64,000 nucleotides of DNA from Octopus bimaculoides (taxonomy: Eukaryota): positions 20,268,192 to 20,332,191 of the forward strand of contig NC_068986.1 of the NCBI RefSeq assembly GCF_001194135.2, in the 5' to 3' direction. This document shows positions 23,351 to 36,012 of the stretch, in pieces (the first letter of the stretch is position 1; each line of letters opens with the position of its first letter). The notes beneath the pieces are model-generated. The model saw only the letters and a program-made list of their open reading frames with translations. It did no database searches and was not told where the DNA came from. The position numbers and the translations under genes are program-made.

Positions 23351-26300
23351 AACGTATCTTATACAATGTTGCGCTGCAGTGGACATTGTTTTTTGTTTTT
23401 TTTGTTTTTTACAACTAACCCTTTTTATACACTGATGCTTCTCTGAGAAATAAGCCCTGTGAGGTTGAGCAACTGCTGCTACAGCGAATGTTGCTGACCT
23501 TTCTCCATGGCAATGCTTTTGCAATCATACCCACAAGGTGTGGCTAAACACGCCATTTGTTGTAGGATGTACAACCTCTGCCTCTCCCCCACCATTTTCT
23601 GCTGATTACCCCCCCCCCCCCCACCTTTTTTTCCTTTTTTCTGTTTCCTAGAAGTAATTATGGAGGGTTTTTCTCAATAATTTGATTTGTTATTTTTTTA
23701 AGTCTTTTCTCCTTGCTTTTCTTTCTCCTGAAATATGTTGTTTATAAAAACAAAGTCTATAATCTACAATTGAAAATCATTGTATGGACTTATTCTTAGC
23801 TTCAACTGTTGTATATGTAACATTCAAAGCTAAACATCCATTGTCGTATAATATGTTTTGCTTTTGTATTGTTAAATATTGTTGTTAGTTACTGCATTAT
23901 CAAAAGAGGTAAGGGTTGTGGTAGGCTGAGTCAATAGTGTTGACCTACTGTCTGAAGGTTAATTTGGTTTTTAACCTCTCATTGACACTGCATTTCTAGA
24001 AAGAGTACTAAACTTTCAGTGGCCCCTGTACCCACATGACTGTAACTGAAATAGTAAACAGGTAAATACTCCATGTCAATACGACTCCGTCCAACTAATG
24101 TTTTGTTGGTTTGTAGTATTGAGCTCAAACTTCCTGTGGCTATAGCTTGGAGAGGTACAAAGCTTACAAGATTGATTTATCCCAGATAGGACTAACTTAA
24201 GGAAGCAAGACTTCAGTGATGTCCCACAACCCAATTTGCCTTCAAACTATGTGTGATATGTATCCATGTTGAAAGTTTATTATATCTTTTGCATCTCTAA
24301 GTCACAACGCCAGCTCAGTATTAAAGCCAGATGTTGAAGCAACTGAAATACATAGAAATTTATAAATAAGAAAAGAAATTACTAGAAAAGTTACCAGTGC
24401 ATGGGAAAATACTAGCGCTGTTAAATTTGGGTTTGAAATTTAACATTTTTTTTTTCTTTTTTTTTTTTTCATTTTTCTGTCTGCTACATCAGTTTTACTC
24501 TCAGCTAAATTGAAACAAAATTTCTGCTTTAGATAGAAAAAGTCTTGTGTTTTTTTCACATCAGTTTCTATTAAAATTCTTGTCTGTTGTAACATTCGTT
24601 TAAATAACTTTAAGCAATAATTTATGATGTTAGTCTATCAAAATAGTTTGTGTGTTTACACTTATTTTGTAAAACACTCTACAATTTGTTCAGCTTATCC
24701 TATTAATAAGAATACATTTGAAGTTAGTAATTAAAGAACTTCTATAAATCAAGATCTATTATTTAAAAAAATGTCTTGATTTATCTTGTCCACACAAATG
24801 CTAATTGTCTCACAGTCTGTTGACTATTATCATAATATAGTAATGTCTTTAGCATTAGTCAAACATAGTTGTTTCCAGAATGCTTGTCATTTTCCTTTTC
24901 ACCCACAGTTACTCTTAACTATTTGTTAATCCACAAACTTACAAAACAACCAATAACACTGTAGTAAACAAGCTGTTTTCTCCAATAAAGTCTCTCTTCT
25001 TCAAACATTCTTCATAACTATAGCTTGTTTATGTCTTATTGTCTGTCCACTCATCTTAACCATTTTGTACTGTATTTAATGGCATAAAAAACACTGGCAT
25101 ATGAAATGCACACCAATTTCAGCAGTAAGGGAAATAGTCTTTAATGCATTAAATCATGTAATAAAGGTTCAACTTTGCACATAGGACCCTGGGTGATGAT
25201 TTTTTTTTTTTTTAAAGTTTTTTTGCCCAACATTTAAGATTCTAGCTTCAGTTTCCAATTCTATGTTTTACAAAAAACCTTAGATCACATGTTAAAAATG
25301 GCAGTAAGTGTAGGACAGGAAAACAGAAAAAAGTATCACATAGGCACAGGCATGGCTGTGTGGTTAAGAAGCTCACTTTGTAACCACATCATTTCAGGTT
25401 CAGTCTTACTGCATGGCACCTAGTCTTCTACTGTAGCTTCAGGCTGACTAATACCTTGTGAGTGAATCTGGTCTGTGTTTGTCCCTCCTCACCACCTGAC
25501 AACTACTGTTGGTTTGTTTGCACCTAACAGTTCCACAAGGCTCTGGCAGGGGGTAGTGGCGACCATTGTTGTACTCTTTCACCCCAACTTTCTCTCACTC
25601 TTTCTTCCTATTTCTTGAGTAACGCTGCGATGGACTGGTGTCCCATCCAGCTGGTGGGGAACATATACGCCATAGAAATAGGACTCATTAAAATTGGAAC
25701 AGTGAGCAAGGAAATGCCTTGCTCAGCACACCACCTAGCCTAGAAATTGAACCCACAACTTTATGATCATGAGCTGAATGCTCCTAACCACTAGGCTACC
25801 CACACAATTTATCAGATCATACAAGTGCTTAAATTAATTACTGCTGATGTTGACGTTCATTAAAAATAGGGAAAATACAAAAAAAAAAAATGTTCAAAGC
25901 TGGTTTTATGCAAGTGACCGGATGTTAGTTACAATTTGTATTGTAAGAAGCATCAAGGCCAAAACTAATTTTTTTTTTTTTAATTNNNNNNNNNNNNNNN
26001 NNNNNNNNNNNNNNNNNNNNNNNNNNNNNNNNNNNNNNNNNNNNNNNNNNNNNNNNNNNNNNNNNNNNNNNNNNNNNNNNNNNNNNNNNNNNNNNNNNNN
26101 NNNNNNNNNNNNNNNNNNNNNNNNNNNNNNNNNNTCATACTGATTTACATATCCTTTTTCTCTTGAGCTCACTGTTGCTTTTCTATTTCATTCTCTCCAC
26201 CCACCCCCAACTCCCCACCGCACCCCCTTAGATATCTTAGAATGTCTCAGTTTCTAGTTCTACCCTCACCATCTCCACTAGTACCCCACCACCACCACCA

Positions 26301-26864
26301 CCACCACCACGACCATCATCTTGTATGTATATATTAATCGTAAATCCCCATCTTACCCAGGTAAGCCACCACTACTAACCAGCTCGTTAGTCACTCTAGC
26401 TACCTTACTGCTACTATCTGGTTACCTCCACCACAAAATAAATACTGCCACTAACTTCCATCTTTCCCCTTATATGGCTCACATATTTGCTTGATACTAC
26501 TACTGCTAGGAAGCAACCCCCTACACACATACTCCACACACACACACACACACACACACCTGAGCCGGTTTTTTGTTTTTTGTTTATTTACCACTATCCA
26601 CCATTTTTCTGTCTCATCTGGTTTGCTTGGCACCCTAGACAGCTGGTTCTCATTCTCACCAAGTTTCCTTTGCTCCTCTCCTCCTCCTCCTCCTCCTTTG
26701 ATGAGGCCCAGCTTCTTACAATCAGCTGACTGCTTACATTTCTGCCAGCATCTTTATCCTTGGAAGGTCCCTGAAAGTGATACTTGCTGTAATTCTGAGT
26801 CTGAAAGTTATCTAGTAACCATATCTGTTCTCTGAGGTGTTTCTTATTGAACTCACTCACCCCC

Positions 26865-27147
26865 CCCCCTCTCATTCTCTCTCTCACCTTCTTTCTTTCT
26901 TTCTCTTTCTCTCACTCTCATTCTCTCACCTTCTCTCTTTTTCTTTCTCTCTCATTCTCTCTCACACCTTCTCTCTCTCTCTCTGTCTATCTCATTCTCT
27001 CACCTTCTCTCTTTCTCTCTCTCACTTCTCTCTCTCTCTTTCTCTCACTCTCATTCTCGTTCTCTCACCTTCTCTCTTTCTGATTCTTTCACTGCTCATT
27101 CTCTCACCTTCTCTCTTTTTCTTTCTCTCACCTTCTCTCTCTCATTC

Positions 27148-27210
<63 letters not shown>
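26865..27210 (+). repeat. CT-rich compound microsatellite / cryptic minisatellite
   Basis: About 345 nt almost devoid of G, with a recurring CTCATTCTCTCACCTTCTCTCT unit, ending in (CT)n. Confidence 0.9.
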
Positions 27211-27213
<3 letters not shown>

Positions 27214-27440
27214 GGCGTAGATGGAGTGGGTAACTGAATTGTACCCCACTCACTAAGCAAGCTGAATAGAGCTCAATGCCTGCACCACCTATACTTTATT
27301 AGTGTGTGTACCATTGGGATTAAATGATGGTTTTCATATTCCCTTTTTTTCTTTAGCTATTTCTGTGTCCTTTTGGTTCAGGAGCTTCTAAAAATAATAA
27401 TAATATTGATAATAACGATGATGATGATGATGATAATAAT

Positions 27441-27873
27441 AACTGTTTCTAATTTTGGCCTAAAGCCAGCAATTTTGAAGGAGATAGAGTTGATTAGATT
27501 GACCGCAGTCCTCAATTTGTCCCTAAAGGTGAAGTCACCCTTGACAGCATTTGAACTCGAAATGAAGAGCCAGAAAAAATGCTGCTAAACATTTTGTCCA
27601 TTGTGGTAACGATTCTACCAGTTTGCCACTTTAATAATGATAATAATAATAATAATAGTCCTTTCTGTTATAGGCACGAGGTTTGAAATTTGGCGGGAGA
27701 GGACTAGTTGATTACATTGACCCCAGTACTTGACTGGTACTTAATTTCTTGACCCTGAAAGGATGAAAGGCTAAGTCAACCTCAGCGGGATTTGAACTCA
27801 GAACATAGTGACAGGTGAAATACTGCTAAGCATTTCGTCCAGCATGCTAATGATCCTGCCAGCTCACTGCCTC

Positions 27874-27874
<1 letters not shown>
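27441..27874 (-). mobile_element. Two tandem family-B SINEs
   Basis: Two reverse-complement heads (ATTTGAACTC B-box) separated by (AAT)n. Confidence 0.75.
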
Positions 27875-27904
<30 letters not shown>

Positions 27905-29444
27905 GTGATGATGATGATAACCTAAATAATGATCTGATTATACTGAAGGAGAAAATATCTGTATGCTACCCTCCATTTAACACCAAATGTGACCTTTGTT
28001 GAAAGGCCATCATTGCAAAAGAAAGACAAAAAAAAATATTCATATAAAAATTACTTGAGTACATAACAGTTTGTCCAAATCTATTTTTCACATCATTTGT
28101 AAGAGTTGATGAAAAGCAGGATTGTTGTTCTTCAGCATTCTTCTCTGTTTATGCTGTGCCTAAAGGCAAGAGGTGAAAAGGAAGAATAAAAAAAATAAGC
28201 AAAAACTAAACCTTTAAGCTTTCTTTTCTTTCTGTGTATAGTTAGTCCTCTACTGAAATGCTTTTGAAACAAATATTAGTCTGTTAAAAATTTGTATTTG
28301 GAGTCCAAAAAATAACTGTAGAAATATCAAGAATTATTACTTCAAATTGTAATTTAAGAATGCGCACGCACACACACACACACGTTTCCATTTCAATTCC
28401 TTTATTTTTTTTCTCTTTCCTGTTTTCTTAGATATAAAATATATGTTGCTTTCAATTTATATAATATTCTCCTGCTTTCTTCCACTCCTACTTGAAAAGT
28501 ATAAAATCTCAAGTTCTTGAATTTATCAGTATTATTAGCTTTAACTCAAAATATATGAATTAGAAAATTATTTAAACTATGGCTTCTTGGTTACATTTTT
28601 ATAGATAGACTTAATAAATACGTTAAGTTTAAAGTTGTAAGTGTGTTAGCTTAAATTGTTTCTGTGGAATGAAAGAGTTTTGTTTGCTTTTAATATCACT
28701 TTTAGTTTTATATGAATGGAATACATTTCCAAACATTTGCATGCATGCACTAACACACACACACACACACACAGCTATTAAGGCAGCCACTCTTGAGTTT
28801 CCGATACATTAACATCTTCAAAGCTAAATTGTAAATTTGTTATAAGATGCTTTAAAAACCTAATTAGATGGATAGAAGTTTCTCTGTTTCATCTATACTT
28901 TGATATTTGTGATCTAATGAAGGTTAGATGTAGTTAAAGTAGATGCATGGTTGCGTGTTTAAGATGACCACTTCCCAGTCGAGTGGTTCCAGGTTCAATC
29001 CCACTGCTTGGCACATTGGACAAGTTAATTGCTAGCAGGAACTCCATATTTCATTTTGTAACCATTATATCCTTCTAAGTATATTAAAGCTATATAAGTC
29101 TATATTGTGTCCTACTTTCTATGTTAGTAGTGCGATTGAATCACTTTTAAGTTACCTCTGCAGACTTTTCTATCGGATTTAGAGCCATCACTGAATGTCC
29201 TGCCATTTCATCACATTCTTTACATTGATGTATTTGTATACAAAACATCATAACTTTCAGTGTTGGCTCTAAATTCTACAGAAAAATATGTAGAGGTAAC
29301 TTAAAAGTGATTGGTTGAATGTCTTCTATTATAAGCCTTAAGCTGACCAAGGCTTTTTGAGTGTATTTGGGAGATGGAAACTGAAAGAAGCCTGTTGTAT
29401 ACCTATTATGTATGTATGTATTATTCTTCTGTCAGTAAAATGTA

Positions 29445-29815
29445 TGGCACGTAAAAGCACCCACTAAAGTCTCGGAGTGGTTGGTGTTAAGAAGGGCATC
29501 CAGCTGTAGAAACTCTGCCAAATCAGATTGGAGCCTGGTGTAGCCATCTGGTTTCACCAGTCCTCAGTCAAATCGTCCAACCCATGCTAGCATGAAAAGC
29601 GGACGTTAAACGATGATGATGATGATTATTATTATTCTGTCATGTAAAAGCACCCAGTACACTCTGTAAAATTGTTGGTATTAGGAAGGACATCTAGCCA
29701 TAGAAATTATGTCAAAACAAACAATGAAGCCTGGTGTGGCTCCTGGTTTTGCCAGCTCCTGTCCAACTGTTCAACCCATGCCAACATGGAAAACAGACAT
29801 TAGATGATGATGATT
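29445..29815 (+). mobile_element. Two tandem family-C 3' segments (one young, one older)
   Basis: GTAAAAGCACCCA...GAAGG(G/A)CATC...CAACCCATGC...(GAT)n occurs twice. Confidence 0.8.
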
Positions 29816-30757
29816 GTGTTTCTTTGAAAATAAGCCAGAATCCATCTTCAGCTTTGATGACAGTGCTATGGATTTATTGTTTGTAAGACAGAAACTGTGA
29901 GAAAGATGTGCTTAGTGATTGGTTATTTCTTTGTTTATTTTCACAAGATAATGTAAGCTTGCACTGCTACAAGCCACCAAACAACTCAGCAATTTCACTA
30001 CTTCACTGAGTCATCTGATATCCATTTTTTAGTTGTTAGTCTATAAAATAAATGAGCAGAGACTGTTTGGTGCTTTGCTCAAGATACAACACCATTGACA
30101 GGATGTAAAATTATGAGTCATAAATCAAATGTTTATAAACATTATTCACTTGTTTGAGGGTAATGGATTGGCAGAATTGTTAGAGAAATGGAAAAAAAAC
30201 CTGTAGCATTTCTTCCGGTTCATTATGTACTAAATTCAAATCTGATTAGGGTTAACTTCACTTTTTTACATTTTCAGGATCAATAAACTAATGTACCAGT
30301 TAAATACTAGAGTAGATCTAATTAACTAACTCCCTCCCCTCAAAGTTGGGCCTTGTTCCTATAACAAACAATTATACACATTTTCAAGTAAATACATAAG
30401 TCTAATTCAACTGTTATTAATTAACAGTTAATCTTTATCCATTCCATTTTTATAGTGAATATGTTTTCCAAAGAATTCCATATTGTTTTTAGCTAAAGCC
30501 TGTAGGGGAGTACATTCAGAGGGATTTGATACGTCAGACTTAACAAGAATATATTAAGAATTTGCTAAAATTAATTTAACAACTGTTTAAGGTCTTAATT
30601 AGGTACCACCCAGTTCCTTTAGCTACTGAAGTTACTGTGTAACTTGATCTATGTATTTTAACTAACTGTAAATGACCTTCAACTCAGAGGATGCTTTCAT
30701 ATTTCAGTGAAAGTATTAAACTAAATTGTAAAGTATCTTCTTTTGATAAATGTTTAT

Positions 30758-30866
30758 ATCATCATCATCGTCATCGTTTAACGTCCGCTTTCCATGCTAG
30801 CATGGGTTGGACAATTTGACTGAGGACTGGTGAACCGGATGGCTACACCAGGCTCCAATCTGATTT
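30758..30866 (-). mobile_element. Family-C 3' fragment, young, inverted relative to 29520-29626
   Basis: About 5 differences over ~105 nt from the reverse complement of the upstream copy. Confidence 0.85.
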
Positions 30867-31484
30867 ATATATTTATATAAATGTTGTGTGGGTGTGGCCA
30901 TGTGGTTACAGCTTTAGTCCCACTGTGTGGTACATTGAGCAAGTGTATTCTTGACAAACCTAAGTCTTGTGAATGAATTTGATGGATGGAAACTAAAGGA
31001 AGCCTGTCGTGTGTGTGTGTGTGTGTGTGTGTTTGTTTACATTTGAACTCTTTTGAAAGATGCTTGTTGTAAGCACTGGTAGTGCTGTCACTTCTGTTAA
31101 TAAATCATTTGTTTGCTTTGTGCCTTCAAATTTGTGTGAAGTAAGAAATCTCTTACTTGAAAAACACTTTAGGATTAGTGACAGGAAGGGCAATATTTTC
31201 ACAGAAGATTAGAAATGGACACTGTTTGCATGATGGTAATGTTTGTTTACAACTATTGCACAATATCAAAACAAGGGAATCAGAGCAGGGACACACACTC
31301 ACACACACAACCACATATATGATAGATTCCTTTCAATTTCCATCAACCAAATCTACTCAGAAGGCTTTGGTCTACCTGGCGCTGTAGTAGTTGGCATTTG
31401 CCAAAGGTGCCACAAAATGGGACTGAACCCATAACCACATGGTTGGAAAGAAACTTCTTAACCACACGATAATGCCAGTGCCTT

Positions 31485-31809
31485 TGTCATGGTTCAGGTT
31501 GCTAATCAGTTTGGTCTTATTTTAGATTCTGCAAATCAAATTATTTTCACAACTGATACTAAACAATATGTTGTGTTTTTGATAATTACATAAGTCTGCA
31601 GCTGTACATCCAAAGTGCCAAGCATCTGTTGTGTATCATGGCATAACAAGAAACAATCTTTTGACATTGAGATGGTAGTCACCTTAAGTAGTCCTGATCT
31701 TGTGCATGTATGCATATTGCAAGCAACACACCATAATGCTAGCATAACAATGATGTCATAGACCAGGTAGATAGTTGCAGTGTGCAGATGTTGACTGGAT
31801 ATATTTACA
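31485..31809 (-). repeat. 3' LTR of the Gypsy fossil
   Basis: Direct repeat of 35655-36012 at an offset of ~4170-4200 nt. Begins TGTAAA on the - strand. The lower-coordinate boundary is approximate. Confidence 0.75.
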
Positions 31810-34800
31810 TACCGCTAAATAGAATACTATAACCATAACACTACTCCAACCACAAAAGGTAAATTGTAGTCATATCATTGTGGATTCCAAATTTCCTTTA
31901 TAATTCTACATCTCTTATATGATGGTGTTGGACTACTCACTAAATTGCTGTAAGGTTCACCATGACTTAGTAATGTCAGTAGTACAGGAGGTGTTGGAGT
32001 TTGTGTAGTAGTTGAAGAAATTGATGATGTTGACTTGTTAGAAATATTACTACAGGCAATCACATGATTGTGTGGAATCTGTCTTCAGATAGGGCAGCCG
32101 GTGGGGATGATGATTAGCAGATGTGCTCATGAGAAGATTTTTATTTCAATTTGAAGCTAATTGAACTTTTTTCATACTTAGGTTTAATCTAGGCTGTGTT
32201 TCAACCAGCATGAATCAGATTACATGCATCTGCAGTAAATTTCCTTCACATTGTTCCTCACTGCACCATTGGTTAATCATTGTAAAACTGGTAGACTACT
32301 TACTAGTTTTGCCTGCCAAGTAATTTCTCTGCTGGAGATACTTTGAATGCACTAGATGATTGAGGGGAGGAAAAAAAACCCTGTAACAAACTCATCAAAT
32401 TTTCTGGTTGATGGACTATTAGGTTTTACTACAGACTTAATTACCCAGCACTTTCTGCTGCATCATTAGATTTTGAATCGTCAATAGGACTGTCAGTTTT
32501 CTTGATACCAATCTGTTTAAGCAGTCCTTTAATTGAATGAATTGCGGATTTATTGTCTGATATCACTTTCATTAGAATGACAAATATAATGAAAATGCCA
32601 AATAGATTTTTCGCTCTGTTACTAAGCTCCTACAGCAACGGGCAAACTATGATCAACATGTTCTTAAAATTTTGTACGTCTCCCCAGTCCATAGCAATCT
32701 TCTTCAAGCAACTTATCAGTACAAGGAGTGCCTTTACATCGGATATTAGTTCATGTCACAAAATTTGGCCATCAAACATAAGCCTTTGTTTCTATCAGTG
32801 TGTGTGACAGGGGAGGGGTGGTGGTTAATGCCCAAGTATCATGAATTATAGAAAGAACTTTTGTGCAATAAGGTTTGGAAATAAATAGCTTGTTTGTATA
32901 AGGTTTACTCACTACAGCCCTTTAAGAAACATGGCCTTCAAAGTACTTTTATTCTAAAAGAGTTAAGGCCAATCTTTTCCTGTAATATGATTCTTTGAGT
33001 ATAAAGGTTACCTGTTTAAATTTTTTTTTTTTTCTTTATGTCCTCGAACTGTTTGCATTGAGTCAAAATTAATTTGTCAGAATGCAATGCACTTGTAAAA
33101 AACACTATGATACTCACCAGAGTTATACTTTAGTCCATTAAGAACATCAACATGAGTAGTTATAACAGGCAAGAATGATTTTGAAAACATATTGTGATAA
33201 AATGAGGGCCCATTTGGCCAGTTGTTAAAATGTCACTTGACAACATCAAGATCTGAAAAATTGAATTTGCAATTGTCTGTCATTAGTCTGAAAGATTTCC
33301 TTAAAAGAAAATATCTCAATCTGTCAACATATTATATCACTACATTGATTTCATATTCAGTATTGCAATATTTCTGAGTATTATCCAGCTTATGGCTAGT
33401 ATATGCCAAAGGCTTTTCCATTTTGAGACATTGTCCCTGTTATTGCTAATTCAGAAGATTTGTTTCACATTCTATTGAGAATGCTGCCAAAACAAGATAA
33501 TGTGAAAGAAGTTCTGTTGCCTACTTAAATATCTTTAAGTAATGACATTACTTCTAGCTGCAGGAAGACATTCATCTCTGTCATGAAAATTTTGTATAAG
33601 CAACTGATGATAATTTGGCAACATCAATATATTTTTTAATGTCTCCTTTTGATTTAGGAACAAAAAAAAAACCCCATTAGATTTTGTCTATTAAACTATG
33701 TGACGGTTTGATCTTAGCCTTTGAAATATTCATTCTTACGTAACTTATGGAAAATGCATGATTAATGCATTTATTTGGCTTGATCAATACAGCGGTTCCT
33801 TTCAGTTTAGCAATAACTGCAATTTCTCGATTCTTCAATATGTTCTAGGTTGCTGCAATGATGAATATGTTGTTCTGATAGATAATTATGCTTTGAATTC
33901 CTTTACATACAGACTTCATACAGCATTCGAAAATAGAGCTATATTTCTGAGACTCGTTTATTGACCAAGTAAAGTCCATTGCTTGTATTTATTGTATACA
34001 ATCTCTTGAAGTTTTCATCTGAACCAATCCTTTCTGTTTGCATATCAGTGATTATTGTTTCAAGACAAGGAGTTCGATAAAATAAAAGTTGAAATTTTAA
34101 ATTTAAATGTGCTTTGTAATTGGCCCACATTCTCTGTTTAGCACCTTCCTTATTCGCCCAAACAACTCTTGATGCAGTACTGAACCCTTCATATGGTCAT
34201 GGAGTTCAAATCCTTCAACAGTCAACTTTGCTTTTCATTCCTTCAGGGTTGATAAAGTACCAGTCAAGTACTGGGGAATCGATGTAATTAGCTTGCCTCC
34301 TCCCCTCAAAATTGCTGGACTTGAAGCTTGCAATGGACTAGCTTCCCATTTGAAATGAATGCTGTGATTTGAGTCACATACACACCATGAAAATTGGGCA
34401 ACCAGTCTTATGAGTCCTGAGGTTCGAGAAAAATAGTGATATGATGTATCCTTCAGAATATTTGTACCGATTGGTATAAAGTTTCGAGAGTTATTGACCA
34501 ATTCTATCTCTTGAGTCAAGCAAAACTATTGTAGTGCTAATAATATCCTCTAGTTATGGATCGTCATAGAAAGTTAGCTATTCTTTCTACTATAGGGATA
34601 AGGTGTGAAAGTTAGCTCTTAATGATATCTATGCTAACTGTGAAGCCAAAATGACAAATCTTGCTGAATCAGTTATCCATATGCATTTAAACTGAGTGTG
34701 TGTTCAATTTTCATCCTGAATAAATTATCTTTTGTTGCACAAATGATATTCAGATTTACTTCTTCATCATCAAGCTGGTTCGTTCATTCTCCTAATATTA

Positions 34801-35654
34801 ATGTATGGAGAGATTTAGTAGAATACACTGGTTCTGACCAGCATAATTTGCTGAAATGGCCCAGTTTACCACAATTAAAGCATTTCTTCCTATATACATG
34901 ACAAAACATAAAGGGCCTTGTCTTGCAATGTTAAGATTGGCTTTACTTGGTTACTTGTTCCTTACATGAGTCTTTGCTAGTAACAAGTTACTTCTGTATT
35001 AGAACTTAGGTGTTCTATTTATCTGAAAGCAAAACAATTCCTCTGACTGTATTATACCAAGACTACCTTATCTAGATCTGAGATGGATATAGTTCAGACA
35101 AATGCTTCGACAATGGGGATTCATTATTTTTGTTACAGTACAACTGGTCCCATTAGTAATAATCAATTTTATATGCTCTGCTTTTGGACCTTCTTGATTA
35201 CAAAGAGTTTACATAAAGAAGCTCACATATTTAATCTTAAGATATTATTAACCTGCTCTTCTTGTTTTTGCTTTAGGTTCCCAAATTTTAACCTGTCTGA
35301 AATTATGTATTTTTTTAGGTGAAGTGTAGTTTTTCAGTAATACACTTCAAAATCTTCAAATGAACCTTCCTGAATTGTTGCAGGATATAAGGCATCTTTC
35401 ATTTTGATGATTGCATTGACACCACATAATAGCTTCTAATTTAGGTACAAGGCCAGAAATTATGAAGAGAAGGAATTAGTCAGTATCATTGACCCCAGTA
35501 CTTACCTGAAACTTTGTTTTATGAACCCCAAAACATTGGAAGGCAAAGTTGACCTCAGTGTGATGCCACATAATGCAAACAATTTTAGCTTGACCAGTTT
35601 AGGATTAATATCACCTATGAGCAATTTTGAATTAAACTGTTTCAGCCATGCCTC

Positions 35655-36012
35655 TGTTTCTCAGGCATTATCAAAGTTCATGTGTTTATTTAGATTCCAT
35701 TTTGTGTTTGTAGGCTGATCACTTGAGTAGTGAATCTTAGTTTGCCACAAATAGTTGTGTTTATTGTAAATACAGAAGCCGACAACAGTCAGTTCAAAAC
35801 TTCAAACGGCTACTATAACTGAGTTTTGTAATTTTCCAACATTATTCAATGTCTTTCGTTTGACATTGAACTGGTAATTGCCTTAATATAGTCCTGCCCA
35901 TGTGCAAGCATGCAAAACACATGCTGCACCATAAAATATTAGCATAACAATGGTATCATTATTGACTATGTAGGTAGACACATTGTGCAGATGTTGACTG
36001 GATACATTTACA
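35655..36012 (-). repeat. 5' LTR of the Gypsy fossil
   Basis: Begins TGTAAA on the - strand. Shares colinear blocks with 31485-31809: TTTGACATTGA, TAGCATAACAATG and a 21-nt identical TGTGCAGATGTTGACTGGATA (35984-36004 vs 31781-31801). Minus-strand AATAAA present. The lower-coordinate boundary is approximate. Confidence 0.75.

Larger units (their letters stand above)
31485..36012 (-). mobile_element. Decayed full-length Ty3/Gypsy LTR retrotransposon (Mag-like), order LTR-gag-PR-RT-RH-INT-LTR
   Basis: Minus-strand motifs read by hand: CFNCGKLGHFSKLC (34841-34882); DENFKRLYTINTSNGLY (TINTSNGLY at 33969-33995); IIIYQNNIFI (YQNN at 33869-33880, decayed YxDD); EKPLAYTSHKL...RKSFRLMTDN (33272-33418); LAKWALILSQY (~33189-33221); YV*WP (32766-32780); IAMD (32687-32698); VISDN (32552-32566); SNDAAES (32450-32470). 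Flanked by colinear direct repeats. Many stops and frameshifts. Confidence 0.88.

Noticed and set aside
24280-24440. Protein-like short frames, also at 12330-12500 and 54490-54660
   Set aside because: They contain stops, have no recognisable domain motif, and lack paired splice sites.
26468-26477. Perfect CArG box CCTTATATGG (SRF site, attractive for a muscle gene)
   Set aside because: About 4 CC(A/T)6GG matches are expected by chance in 64 kb at this composition. It is isolated and lies in low-complexity sequence.
35620-35654. Primer-binding site, polypurine tract and TSD for the Gypsy fossil
   Set aside because: The flanks are too decayed. No clean TGG-initiated PBS, purine tract or matching 4-5-bp TSD could be read, so none is claimed.
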